A stretch of DNA of 58,670 bases from an uncultured Holophagales bacterium (lineage in GTDB: Bacteria > Acidobacteriota > Thermoanaerobaculia > Multivoradales > UBA5704): the NCBI GenBank assembly GCA_963842525.1, contig CAWJGT010000033.1, positions 1 to 58,670 on the forward strand. Reading direction: 5' to 3'. Of this stretch, positions 1 to 10,000 are shown one piece after another. The notes under the pieces are model-generated. The model worked only from the letters and a program-made list of their open reading frames with translations. It did not search any database and was not told where the DNA came from. The translations under genes and the position numbers were made by a program. The number at the start of each line of letters is the position of its first letter. The stretch's first letter is position 1.

Positions 1-240
1 GCCTGTCGCCCTTCGGGGGTCGCGCGGAGGATCTCTACGCGACGCGGCTCAGGTGGCCGGCCCGGAAGAGCTCGCTCGTGATCATCGCGACGATGACCTG
101 CGACAGACTCGTCTTCAAATCGTCCGCTTGTACGACCAAGACAGGGCGGAGCTTTGCAGTTCGCAGGTTAGAATCGGGAAGAGCGCGCGAGCGACGTCAC
201 CCCGCTTGCAGCTTGGCCTTGGCGGTGTCGTAGTCGTCAT
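1..240 (-). CDS. PemK/MazF-family toxin, frameshifted and running off the window edge
   Basis: Manual translation across two indels: MTTTTPPRPSCKRGDV..LFP/SNLRTAKLRPVLVVQADDLKTSLSQVIVAMITSELFRAGHLSRV/EILRATPEGRQ. Shows the RGDV...K-x-RPVLVVQ signature and overlaps the 3' end of the upstream small gene. Not in the ORF track. Confidence 0.8.
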
Positions 241-458
241 AGGCGTCCATCTCCGCGTCATCCCAGTCGGCGGCGAAGGTCTTCAGGCGGGCCCGCAGGT
301 TGGCTGCCTGTATCTCGTCGATTCCCTGCGCCCTGAGGTCGATCCGGTGCGATGGAAGGAACGTCACGAGGACCGGCACCTCATCCCCTAACGCCTTCCG
401 GCCGCTCGGCAAGCTCGACCTTGCCTTCCCTGTAGATGCCTTCGATCGTCTTCAACAT
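197..458 (-). CDS. Putative cognate antitoxin (one frameshift in the C-run at about 385-388)
   Basis: ATG at 458 gives MLKTIEGIYREGKVELAERPEGVR, which joins the ORF-track frame DEVPVLVTFL...DWDDAEMDAYDDY after a 1-nt shift. Acidic C-terminus, directly upstream of the toxin. Confidence 0.7.
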
Positions 459-570
459 AGTTCCTTGATGGTATCAGGAAGGTCTTCCTTGGTCGTGCCC
501 TGCTTGCGCTCCATGAGGTCGCGGGGCCGGCGAGACGCCGGCGCTCCCAGGGGGACGGTGCTCCTGGCCT

Positions 571-790
571 GTTTAGGTCTTAACTCAGTCCTTTAAGCCT
601 TAACCCGCCCTGCTAAGGCTTAACTCGGCCGGTTAAGCCTTAAAATCTCCGGCTAAGCCTTAAACGGCGCGCATAAGCCTTAACTCGGCGAGTTAACGGC
701 TAAACCGGCCGGTTAGTGGCTCACTCGGGCCGCTAACGGTTAACGGCCGCGGTGAGCGGCTGACTCGGCCCGCCTTCCATCAACCCGGCC
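571..790. repeat. 20-bp-period palindromic tandem array, about 11 units (TAAGCCTTAA core plus 10-nt GC-rich segment)
   Basis: Core TAAGCCTTAA or a close variant starts at 574, 594, 614, 634, 654, 674, 694, 714, 734 and decays toward 790. Confidence 0.9.
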
Positions 791-892
791 CGCACAGCCA
801 GCCAGTCGGAAATCTCCGATCCTGTCGTCCGCTGGTTGGCGCCGCCGGTCTGGCCCGTTCAGGCCCGGCTGGCCGGCTTCCCTCATTGCCAG

Positions 893-1100
893 AGTCCGTC
901 ACCTACGTGGAACTGTCCGATACCTACGCTGAATTGTCCGAAATCTACGCAGACTTGTCCGTTTACTTCTAAGCTCTGTCTGATTTCTATGCATGCCTGT
1001 CCAGATCTGAGCGGATCTGTCCTGTACCTACGCGGATGTGTCTGGTACCTACGCAGGTCTGTCCGTCAATTACGCGGACCTGTCCGATACCGACTTACCC
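893..1100. repeat. Degenerate 21-bp tandem array, 10 units (consensus about TGTCCGATACCTACGCGGANC)
   Basis: GTC(C/T) recurs at 894, 915, 936, 957, 978, 999, 1019, 1040, 1061, 1082 (one 20-nt unit). Confidence 0.85.
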
Positions 1101-2404
1101 TACATCCCGTTCCCCGGCCGATACCTCCGTAGCACGTCGGCCAGCCGCGTGATGATGTCCACGGTGAGGCGCTCCTCCAGCGATGCCTTCTGGAAGAGAT
1201 AGAAGGCCCCGATCGCCTCCCGGTGGATCTCCTCCCCCTCGAAGATCGCCACCAACTCCCCTGTCAGTTGCTTCAACTCCGCGGTGCGGCGTTCCTGGTG
1301 GTAGAGCAGCGAGAGGTCGAGGCAGACCAGGGCGGCGTCGTACGCCATGCCGCGGGCGGCGAACTCCTGCCGAACCTGGTCGAATGTCTCCTCGGCCGCT
1401 CTGAGGTCCCCGAGACCCAAAGCGATGTTGGCCCGAGCCCAGCTCAGGCGGACGAGGTCGAGGGGTTGGCCCAACGCTCCGAAAAGTCCTTCGATCTCGG
1501 GTAGAAGCTGCTCCGCCTGAGGATGCCGTCCTGCCAACAGAAGGCAGCCGAGCAGGTTGTACCGGGCGTAGGCGAACAGGCGAGGCTCACGGGCGAAATC
1601 GACTTGGCCCGGAGCCGCTTGGAGCAGCGAGATTGCCTGATCGAGATCGCCTCGCTCCTCCAAGATTTTGGCCTTAGAGATGATCCCCTTGGCCTGGTCT
1701 ACGAAACTCCCCAGCTCTTGAAACAGGGCAAACGCCTGATCCGCAAGACCCAGGGCCTCGTCGAGTCTTCGTTGAGCGCGGCGCAGCGAACACTTCAGAT
1801 CGAGGATTTCCGCCCTGACGCCGAGATCTCCCGTTGAGCTCCGAGACAGGCATCGCTCTGCCTTACGCATCGCGTCGTCGGCGCTCCTCAGCTCCCCGAG
1901 GACTCGACGCGCGTTGCCGAGATAGGCAAAGGCGCGGGCGCGCAGGTCCCACACCCAGTTCGGGTCGTAGGCCTCGCCCAGATGGCTGGAGATCTTGACG
2001 GCCAGATTGGCGAGATTGACCGCGGCAGCCGGATCTCCGAAAACCGCCTCCCGGCTGCTCTTGAGAAGCAGTTGGCAGAGTCCCCAGGTGTGAAACTCCT
2101 CCTCCTCAACCCGCTTTACCTGTTCCTCGAATCGCAGGTCGGACAATTGACGCCAGAGCTCAGGGGCCTCAAGGCCTTCCAGGACAGCAACCTCCTCGTT
2201 CCAGTGGCCAACCTCCTCTTGCAGCCTGCGAATCTCGCGGCATCGCTCCCGGCATACAGGGCACCATGCCAGGAAGTGAGGCACGACCTGCGTCACGAGC
2301 ACATCCGATTCCAGACCTCCGGACAGCAGCTTTGCCAACGTCTCCAGCGAAAGGTGGGCGTCTTCCACGCTTTTTTCCTCCCAAGGCAACGGGGGCATCT
2401 CCAC
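1100..2404 (-). CDS. Zinc-finger (HxxxCxxC-like) plus TPR-repeat protein, paralog 1
   Basis: N-terminal HFLAWCPVC, then helical repeats (DLRARAFAYLGNARR, REPRL, GMAYDAALVCLDL). Aligns by eye with 10357..11691 and 21320..22652. Confidence 0.85.
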   Translation of the reverse strand: MEMPPLPWEEKSVEDAHLSLETLAKLLSGGLESDVLVTQVVPHFLAWCPVCRERCREIRRLQEEVGHWNEEVAVLEGLEAPELWRQLSDLRFEEQVKRVEEEEFHTWGLCQLLLKSSREAVFGDPAAAVNLANLAVKISSHLGEAYDPNWVWDLRARAFAYLGNARRVLGELRSADDAMRKAERCLSRSSTGDLGVRAEILDLKCSLRRAQRRLDEALGLADQAFALFQELGSFVDQAKGIISKAKILEERGDLDQAISLLQAAPGQVDFAREPRLFAYARYNLLGCLLLAGRHPQAEQLLPEIEGLFGALGQPLDLVRLSWARANIALGLGDLRAAEETFDQVRQEFAARGMAYDAALVCLDLSLLYHQERRTAELKQLTGELVAIFEGEEIHREAIGAFYLFQKASLEERLTVDIITRLADVLRRYRPGNGM

Positions 2405-2413
2405 TCGGAGCTG

Positions 2414-2438
2414 CCCCTCTAGAAGACTAAGTTGCCGG
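2414..2438 (-). promoter_or_regulatory. Candidate shared promoter motif upstream of TPR paralog 1
   Basis: Minus strand CCGGCAACTTAGTCTTCTAGAGGGG, similar to 22727..22751. Contains a -10-like TAGTCT. Confidence 0.4.
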
Positions 2439-2472
2439 AAGGCGTGATTTCGTGACAGCGGGTTTGGCGAGT

Positions 2473-2739
2473 TTAGCCGTTGGGATCGATCGTCATTCCC
2501 TCGTCGCCCGGGTCGGTCACACTGTCCGGGGCGGTCGCGCCGTTCGGATCGATCAACATCCCCTCCCCCTGCCAGACGCCGATGATGAGGGAGCGGAACA
2601 TCTCCCAGAGGCTGCCGGCGGACCAGTCGGAGATGGGCTCATTCGTCAACGGAAAGGCCTGGACGGGAACGGCCGCGAGGACGAGCAGAACGGCGAGGAC
2701 GAGGGCGTTGACACGGTGGTGCAGGTTGCGGGAAGTCAT
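2473..2739 (-). CDS. Small secreted propeptide with two DPNG-ending repeats (copy 1)
   Basis: AGGAG RBS. Signal peptide ending VQA-FPL, then EGMLIDPNG ... DEGMTIDPNG-stop. Homolog at 22835..23116. Confidence 0.85.
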   Translation of the reverse strand: MTSRNLHHRVNALVLAVLLVLAAVPVQAFPLTNEPISDWSAGSLWEMFRSLIIGVWQGEGMLIDPNGATAPDSVTDPGDEGMTIDPNG

Positions 2740-2915
2740 GACAGGACTCTCCTGAGGTTGGATCTCGAGGGCCGGGCGTCATTGCCGGCTCAGTCCATCC
2801 CCATAGGAAAAGTTTGCCCTGAGCGGCAAAGCGGGACCTTCTCGGCCGAAGTGGTGTCCCGAAGCCCTTGCCGGGTTGGGATAGAATCCCTGACTTGACA
2901 TGCCAGGAGGCGCCA

Positions 2916-4722
2916 ATGTCCGTCACCACATTGCCGGAGCTGTTCCTGAAGGCGGCGAGCTACAGCAAGCCTGACTGCCTTCTCCATAAGGTCGGGGGGA
3001 CCTACCAGCCGGTGTCGACCGCCGAGCTGGTCGACCGCGTCCGCCGGCTGGCCAAGGCGCTCGAAGGGCTCGGAGTCGAGCCCGGAGACCGCGTGGCCCT
3101 GATGGCCGAGAACGGGCCGCACTGGCCGACCGTGGACTTCGCGACGCTGTCGGTCGGCGCGGTGCTCGTCCCCATCTATCCGACCCTGCTGCCCGACCAG
3201 GCCTCCTATATCGCCAACGACTGCGGGGCCAAGGTGGTGGTGGCCCATACCCTCCAGCACCTGGACGGGTTCCTCTCGCATGCCGACGACCTGCCCCAGG
3301 TCCGCCAGCTCGTGCTGATCCAGGGCGAGTCGCACGATCCGCGGGTGATCACCCTGTCGGCCCTGCTGGAGCGGGGCGCCAATCCCGACCCGGTGGCGTT
3401 CGAGCAGAAGGCCCGCACCGCCAAGCCGGACGACCTGGCGACGTTCATCTATACGAGCGGCACCACCGGCCAGCCCAAGGGGGTCATGCTGACGCATCGC
3501 AACATCGTCTCGAACGTCGTCGCCGCCATGGAGGCGCTGCCGCTCGACGGCAAGTTCACGGCGCTGTCGTTCCTGCCGCTCTCGCACTCGTTCGAGCGCA
3601 CGGTCGACTACTGCTACTTCTATATGGGTTGCAGCATCGCGTATGCGGAGTCGGTGCAGACTGTGGCGCAGAACCTCCAGGAGGTCAAGCCGCAGGTCTT
3701 CGTGTCGGTGCCCCGGGTCTATGAGAAGGTGCTGTCGCGGGTGCAGGAGAACGTCGCGTCCAGCTCGCCCGGCAAGCAGAAGATTTTCGCCTGGGCGCAG
3801 CGGGTGGGCCGCGAGGCCTTGCCCTGGCGGATCAAGCACCAGAGGCCGCCGGGTTTCCTCGGCTTGAAGCTCACTTTGGCCGACAAGCTGGTCTTCGGCA
3901 AGATCCGGGAGCGCCTGGGCGGCCGTTTCAAGTTCGCCCTCTCCGGCGGCGCCCCCCTGGCCCGCGAGGTCGCCGAGTTCTTCTGGGGCGCCGGCATCGA
4001 GATCTACGAGGGGTACGGCCTGTCCGAGACCGCGCCCGTGCTTTCCGTCAACACGCCGTCGGCGGTGAAGATGGGCACGGTCGGCCGGCCCATCCCGGGG
4101 GTGGATATCCGGATCGCCGAGGACGGCGAGATCCTGGCCAAGGGCCCCAACATCATGAAGGGCTACTGGAACCTGCCGGAGGCCACGGCAGAGGTGATCG
4201 ACGAGGAGGGCTGGTTCCACACGGGCGACATCGGCGAGCTCGACGCCGAAGGGTTCCTGCGCATCACGGACCGCAAGAAGGAGCTGATCATCAACGCCTA
4301 CGGCAAGAACGTGGCTCCGGCGCCGATCGAGAACGCGCTCAAGTCCAGCCGCTTCATCGGCCAGGCGGTAGTGCTCGGCGACCGCCGCAAGTTCCTGTCC
4401 GCGCTGCTGGTGCCCGATTTCGAGGTGCTCAAGCCGTGGGCCGAGCGGCAGGGGATCGGCGCGGCGGACAACCAGGCGCTGCTGCGCGACCCCCGGGTGC
4501 GCGAGCTGTTCGCCGCCGAGGTGAAGGAGCTGCAATACGAAGCTGGCGAGCTTCGAGAAGATCGTGGCCTGGGACTTGCTGCCCGATGAGTTCACGCTGG
4601 AGACCGGCGAGCTGACGCCGACCCAGAAGGTCAAGCGCCGGGTGGTCAACCAGAAGTACGGCGACGTCATCGAGCGCCTCTATAAAGAGGCCGACGAGCG
4701 CGCCGCGGTGGTACCGGGGTGA
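2916..4722 (+). CDS. fadD: Long-chain fatty acid-CoA ligase (frameshift near 4533)
   Basis: AGGAGG RBS. AMP-binding motifs YTSGTTGQPKG, EGYGLSET, GWFHTGDIG. C-terminus (GELTPTQKVKR) continues in a shifted frame to TGA 4722, overlapping the next GTG. Confidence 0.9.
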
Positions 4723-6854
4723 ATTCCAACTTCCATCTCGAGGTCGGCACGGACCGGCTGGCGACGCTCACGTTCGATGCGCCGGGCCGGAAGGTCAACG
4801 TCTTCTCCCGGGCCGCTCTGGAGGAGCTGGAGCAGGTGATCTCCGCGGCCGCCGCGCGCAAGGACATCGGCTGTCTGATCCTGCTCTCCGGCAAGAAAGG
4901 GTCCTTCATCGCCGGCGCCGACGTCGAGGAGATCGCGCGGGTCACCGACCCGATCGAGGCGGAGGCCGGCGTGCGGGTGGGGCACCGGCTGTTCGCGGCC
5001 TGGGAGGCGCTCCCCTTCCCCACGGTGGCCGCGATCCACGGCACCTGCCTGGGCGGCGGCACGGAGATCTCGCTCGCGTCGACGTACCGCGTGGCGAGCG
5101 ACGGCACCGCGACCCGTATCGGCCTGCCCGAGGTGAAGCTCGGCATCATTCCGGCCTGGGGCGGCTCGACCCGCCTTCCCCGGCTCATCGGAATCGCCGA
5201 GTCGCTCGACCTGATCCTGACCGGCCGCACGGTCGCCGGCCGCAAGGCCCTGCGGCTCGGGCTGGTCGACGCCCTGCTCCCGGAGGCCCGTTTCCTCGAC
5301 GTCCTGCGCGATTTTGCCCTGGAGCGCATCGACCGCAAGGAGCGCCCGTCCTCCTCGGGCGTTGACTTCAAGGAGCTGCTGCTGGAGAAGAACCCACTGG
5401 GACGCAAGGTGATCTTTGACCAGGCGCGCAAGAAGACCCTGGAAGAGACGCACGGGCACTATCCGGCGCCGCTGCGCGCCATCGAGGTCATCCGGATGGG
5501 GATCGAGGACGGGATGCGTGCCGGCTTCGACGCCGAGGCCCGCGCCGCGGCCGACCTCGCCACCTCGCGGATTTCTAAGAACCTGATGCATGTCTTCCGG
5601 CTGTCCGAGGACGCCAAGCGCACGGCCGGCCTGCCCGGAGGCGAGCCGCGGGAGGTCCACCGCACGGCCGTCCTCGGCGCCGGGGTCATGGGAGGCGGCA
5701 TCGCCCAGCTTGTCGCCCACGAGGCGGATCTGCCGGTACGGATGAAGGACGTCAACACCGAGGCACTGGCGAGCGGCATGGCCCACGCCTCCGCGCTGTT
5801 CGACCGGCTGGTCAAGCGGCACCGGCTGGAGGCCCCGGCGGCGCGGCGCAAGATGACGCTCCTCACCTCGACCCTGGACTATTCGGGTTTCCGCAACGTG
5901 GACCTCATCATCGAGGCGATCGTCGAGAAGCTGGAGGTCAAGCAGGCCGTTTTTGCGGAGCTGGCCCGGCAGGTGTCCGACGACGCGGTGCTGGCTTCGA
6001 ATACCTCGTCGTTGTCGATCGGCAGGATCGGAGAGCGGACGCCGCATCCGGAGCGGGTGGTGGGCATGCACTTCTTCAACCCGGTCCACAAGATGCCGCT
6101 GGTCGAGGTGATCGCTGCCGAGGGGGCCGACCCGTCGGCTGTCAACACGGTCTTCGCCTTCACCCGGCGGCTGGGCAAGACGCCGGTCCTGGTCAAGGAC
6201 TCCCCCGGCTTCCTGGTCAACCGGCTGTTGATGTTCTATTCGGCGGAGGCCTTCTGGCTGCTCGACGAGGGCTACCGCATCGAGGATCTGGACCGCGCCA
6301 TGTCCGATTGGGGCATGCCCGTGGGTCCGATGGCGCTCGCCGACGAGGTGGGGATCGACGTGGCCAACAAGGTGGCGCACATCCTTGCCGAAGCGTTCAG
6401 CGACCGGCTCCATTTCCCCGCCTGGCTGGACCGGCTGACCGCGGACGGACGGCTGGGCAAGAAGAACGGCAAGGGCCTCTACCGCTACGAGGGACGGGAG
6501 AGGAAGGAGCCCGATCCCTCCGTCTACACCTTGCTGGGGCTCCACCCGAAGGCGAGCGACCCCGACCCGGGCCGCATCGCCGACCGCACGGTGCTGCCCA
6601 TGGTCAACGAGGCGGCGCGCTGCCTGGAGGAGGAGGTCGTGCGGAGCGCGGCCGAGCTCGACCTCGCGATGATCTTCGGCTCCGGTTTCCCGCCGTTCCG
6701 CGGCGGCCTCTGCCGCTGGGCCGACCAGGAAGGCCTCGGCCAGATCGTCTCCACCCTCGAGCGCCTGGCCGGCACGGTCAGCGACCGCTTCCTCGCCTCC
6801 GACGCCCTCCGCCGCACCGCCGAAGCCGGCGGCTTCTACACCCGGTTCGGGTAG
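4719..6854 (+). CDS. fadJ: Fatty acid oxidation complex alpha subunit (enoyl-CoA hydratase / 3-hydroxyacyl-CoA dehydrogenase)
   Basis: FIAGAD, CLGGGTE, GLPEVKLG, GAGVMG, ASNTSS, GMHFFNPV, PGFLVNR. Confidence 0.9.
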   Translation: MNSNFHLEVGTDRLATLTFDAPGRKVNVFSRAALEELEQVISAAAARKDIGCLILLSGKKGSFIAGADVEEIARVTDPIEAEAGVRVGHRLFAAWEALPFPTVAAIHGTCLGGGTEISLASTYRVASDGTATRIGLPEVKLGIIPAWGGSTRLPRLIGIAESLDLILTGRTVAGRKALRLGLVDALLPEARFLDVLRDFALERIDRKERPSSSGVDFKELLLEKNPLGRKVIFDQARKKTLEETHGHYPAPLRAIEVIRMGIEDGMRAGFDAEARAAADLATSRISKNLMHVFRLSEDAKRTAGLPGGEPREVHRTAVLGAGVMGGGIAQLVAHEADLPVRMKDVNTEALASGMAHASALFDRLVKRHRLEAPAARRKMTLLTSTLDYSGFRNVDLIIEAIVEKLEVKQAVFAELARQVSDDAVLASNTSSLSIGRIGERTPHPERVVGMHFFNPVHKMPLVEVIAAEGADPSAVNTVFAFTRRLGKTPVLVKDSPGFLVNRLLMFYSAEAFWLLDEGYRIEDLDRAMSDWGMPVGPMALADEVGIDVANKVAHILAEAFSDRLHFPAWLDRLTADGRLGKKNGKGLYRYEGRERKEPDPSVYTLLGLHPKASDPDPGRIADRTVLPMVNEAARCLEEEVVRSAAELDLAMIFGSGFPPFRGGLCRWADQEGLGQIVSTLERLAGTVSDRFLASDALRRTAEAGGFYTRFG

Positions 6855-6911
6855 ACCTCACCCCCTGTCCCCCTCTCCCATCGCCCCCCCACCGACCGGG
6901 AGAGGGGGGAC
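6855..6911. repeat. REP-like hairpin element (CCTCACCCC...CCCCTCTCCC...GGGAGAGGG family)
   Basis: CCTCACCCCCTGTCCCCCTCTCCC...CCGGGAGAGGGGGAC. Related copies at 12933-13080, 46000-46173, 47571-47628. Confidence 0.8.
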
Positions 6912-7032
6912 GCAGGCGGAGCGTTCGAGGCAAGGTCGCCCGTAGTCGGGTATCCTTTCCCGTGCATCAAGGTCTCTTGGAGCAGAACTCGGATCTGTTT
7001 ACAATGTGTCCTTCGGTGCACACGGAAAGATC

Positions 7033-10000
7033 ATGTTCCCGGTATTACTGCATCCCGACCTGTACACGCGGCTGCGGCGGAGCGAGCGCGGCGAGCGGAC
7101 CCGTGTCTGGAAAGCGTTGCTCCGGCTGCGCGAGGGGCACTGGGGAGGCGGCACGCGGGTCAAGCGCCTGCGCGGGATCGGCCGTCCGGTCTATGAGGCG
7201 CGCACCGACTCGGGCGACCGCCTGCTCTTCACGGTGGCGCGATCGGCCGACCCGGAGCGGCCCGACCGCCTGACCTCCCATCTCCAGGTCTGGGACCTCG
7301 TCGAGCACGACGACGCCGAGCGCACGGCCCGCCGCAACCGGGCTCCGGAAGCCGAGTTCCTGGAGCTGGAAGCGCTGGAGGAGCTCGAAATCTTCGAGCC
7401 GCCGCCGCATCCGGAGGCGCTGTTCTCGGAGATCCCGGTGGACGATCCGGCGGATGCGGGCGAGCCGCTGCTGCGTTTTCTGCTCCCGCCGGAAGGCTTC
7501 TCCCCGGAGGGTGAGGAGGCCGTGGCCGGCGGCGTCCGCTGGTTCCTCCTGGGGCCGTCCGTGCAGGACGAGGAGGCGCTCCAGAAGCTCCTGGACGCCG
7601 GGGGCGACGAGCTGGAGCTCAAGCTCAGCCGGGAGCAGTACGAGATCCTCGGCGCGCCGGGACCGGTGCTGCTCGCCGGCAGCGCCGGCAGCGGCAAGAC
7701 GACCGTCGCGGTCCACCGGCTGGTCGCCGCGGCCTGCTCTCCCGAGGCGCCCAGCGCCCTCTATCTCTCCTACAGCACCCCGCTGGTCGAGCACGCGCGC
7801 GGTCTTTACCGTGATCTGGCGGTCGCCCGCGGCGTGGATCCTGACCGCCGGCCCCCCGATTTCTTCACGTTCGGCGACCTGTACCGGTCGCTCGTGCCGC
7901 GGGACTTCCGCGAGCACCAGGCGCGACCGATGACCGAGGCGCTCTTCCGCGAGTGGTTCCGCAAGGCGGGCCGGTCCATGGACCCGGCGCTCGTCTGGGA
8001 GGAGCTGCGCAGCATCCTCAAGGGAGCCTGCCTGGCGCCCGACCAGCCGATGCTGGACGAGGAGACCTACTTCGAGCTGGGCCGCAAGCGCGCTCCCCTG
8101 TTCGTCGACGAGCGGCCGGAGATCTACCGCATCGCCCAGCGCTATCAGGAGTGGCTGGCCGAGGAGGGCCGCTCGGATCGCATCGACCTCTGCCGCCGGG
8201 CCCTGGCCGAGGCGCGCCGGCGGCGGCTCAAGGGGTACGACGTCGTGGTCTGCGACGAGGTCCAGGACCTCACCGAGCTGGAGGTCTCCTTCGTCCTTTC
8301 GCTGTCGCGGCGGACGGACCTGGCAGGCGTCCTGCTGACCGGCGACACGCAGCAGATCGTCAATCCCAGCGGCTTCCGTTGGGCCGAGGTGCGGCGGCTG
8401 GCGGGCAAGGCCGCCCACTTGAAGACCGCCCCCCCGGTGCAGCGGCTGCGGCGCAACCTGCGTAGCGTCCGCCCGCTGGTGGAGCTGGCCAATGCCCTGC
8501 TGCTGCTGCGCCGCGAGGTCTTCGGCCGCAGCGAGGAGGACGAGCCGGAGGAGGCGGTGATCGAGGGGCCGGTGCCGATCGAGATCTCCGCTCCAGAGGA
8601 AGAGGCCCTCGCGGCTATCCGCGGCTTCGGCCCGCGCTGCGCCGTGCTGACCTTCGACGACGACGAGGCGGAGCGGCTCCGCCGCGAGCTCGACACCGAA
8701 CGCGTCTTCCACGTGCGCGAGGCCAAGGGGCTGGAGTTCGAATCGGTCGTCCTGTGGAAGCTGCTGGAGCCCGACCGCGACCTGGTGGACCGCTTCGTGC
8801 GCTCCACCCGCGAGGCGGCCCCCCGCCTGGAGCGGGAAGCCCGTTTCAAGCGGCTCCTCCAGCACCTGTACGTGGGGGTCACCCGTGCCCGCCGGCACCT
8901 CGCCGTCTACGAGGGCGCCGGCCCGCATCCCTTCTGGGGGGACGAACGGTTCCGCGGCCGGATCGAGCAGGAGACGGTCGAGAGCCTGGCGCACCTCTTC
9001 CGGTCGACCGCCTCGCCCGACGACTGGGACCGCGAGGGCGACTACTTCCGGGAGCGCGGCCACTTCCGCCAGGCCGCCGAGTGCTACCGGCGGGCCGCCC
9101 GTGCCGAGAAGGAGACCGAAGCGCTCGCCAACGCCGAGGAGGAGATGGAGCACTGGAGCGAGGCGCTGGAGCGCTGGAGCCGCCTGGGGATCATCGCCCG
9201 GCAGGCTCCGCTCCTCGAGAAGCTGGGGCGCCTCGCCGAGGCCCTGCCGCTCTACCGGCAGGCAGGCCTCGAGCGCGAGGCGCGGCTCTGCGAGCTGCGC
9301 CTCCTGGAACGGAGCCAGGATTGGCCCGCGGCAGCCCTCGGCTGGGAAGCGGAGGGACGGCATGCCGATGCGGCCCGCTGCTGGGCCCGGGCCGGCGAGG
9401 AGCGGCGCGCTCTCGCCGCCGCGGCGCGCGCCGCAGAGGAAGAGGAGAATTGGGGCCGCGCCGGGGAGATCTGGCTCGACCTCGATCTGCCCGAGGACGC
9501 GGTGCGCTGCTTCCGTGCCGCCGGCGATCGAGCGCGCGTCGCCCTCGCCCTCGCCCGGCAGCTCGAGGCCGAAGGCCGCTGGGGCCGCGCCGCCGCGGCC
9601 TGGCGCCTGGCCGGCCGGACCGACGCCTCTCGCCGCTGCCGTGCCCTGGCCCACGAGGCTGCCGGCAGGGCCGAGCGGGCCGCGCGCCTCTGGGAGGGCC
9701 TCGGCGAGACGGAGCACGCGGTCGACCTCTACGCCCGGGCCGACTGTTGGTTCGAGGTCGCCCGGCTGGAGCGTCCGCAGCGGGAGGAGACGCTGCGGCT
9801 GCTCCACCAGGTCCGGAAGCTGGTCGAGGCCGAGGACTGGGCGGAGGCCGCCCGGCTGGCGGATGCGCGGATCGAGGTCCTCCTCCCGCACCTCCCCGAG
9901 GTCCGCTGGTTCGCCTCCAGCCAGGAGGAGCGCCTTGCCGAACAAGAGCTTCATGTCATAAAATGTTTGAAGAAACGCTGCGAGGCAATCCAGGCAGAAG

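Noticed and set aside
571-1100. CRISPR interpretation of the 20-bp and 21-bp arrays
   Set aside because: Units are far too short, the variable parts resemble each other, and no cas genes are present.
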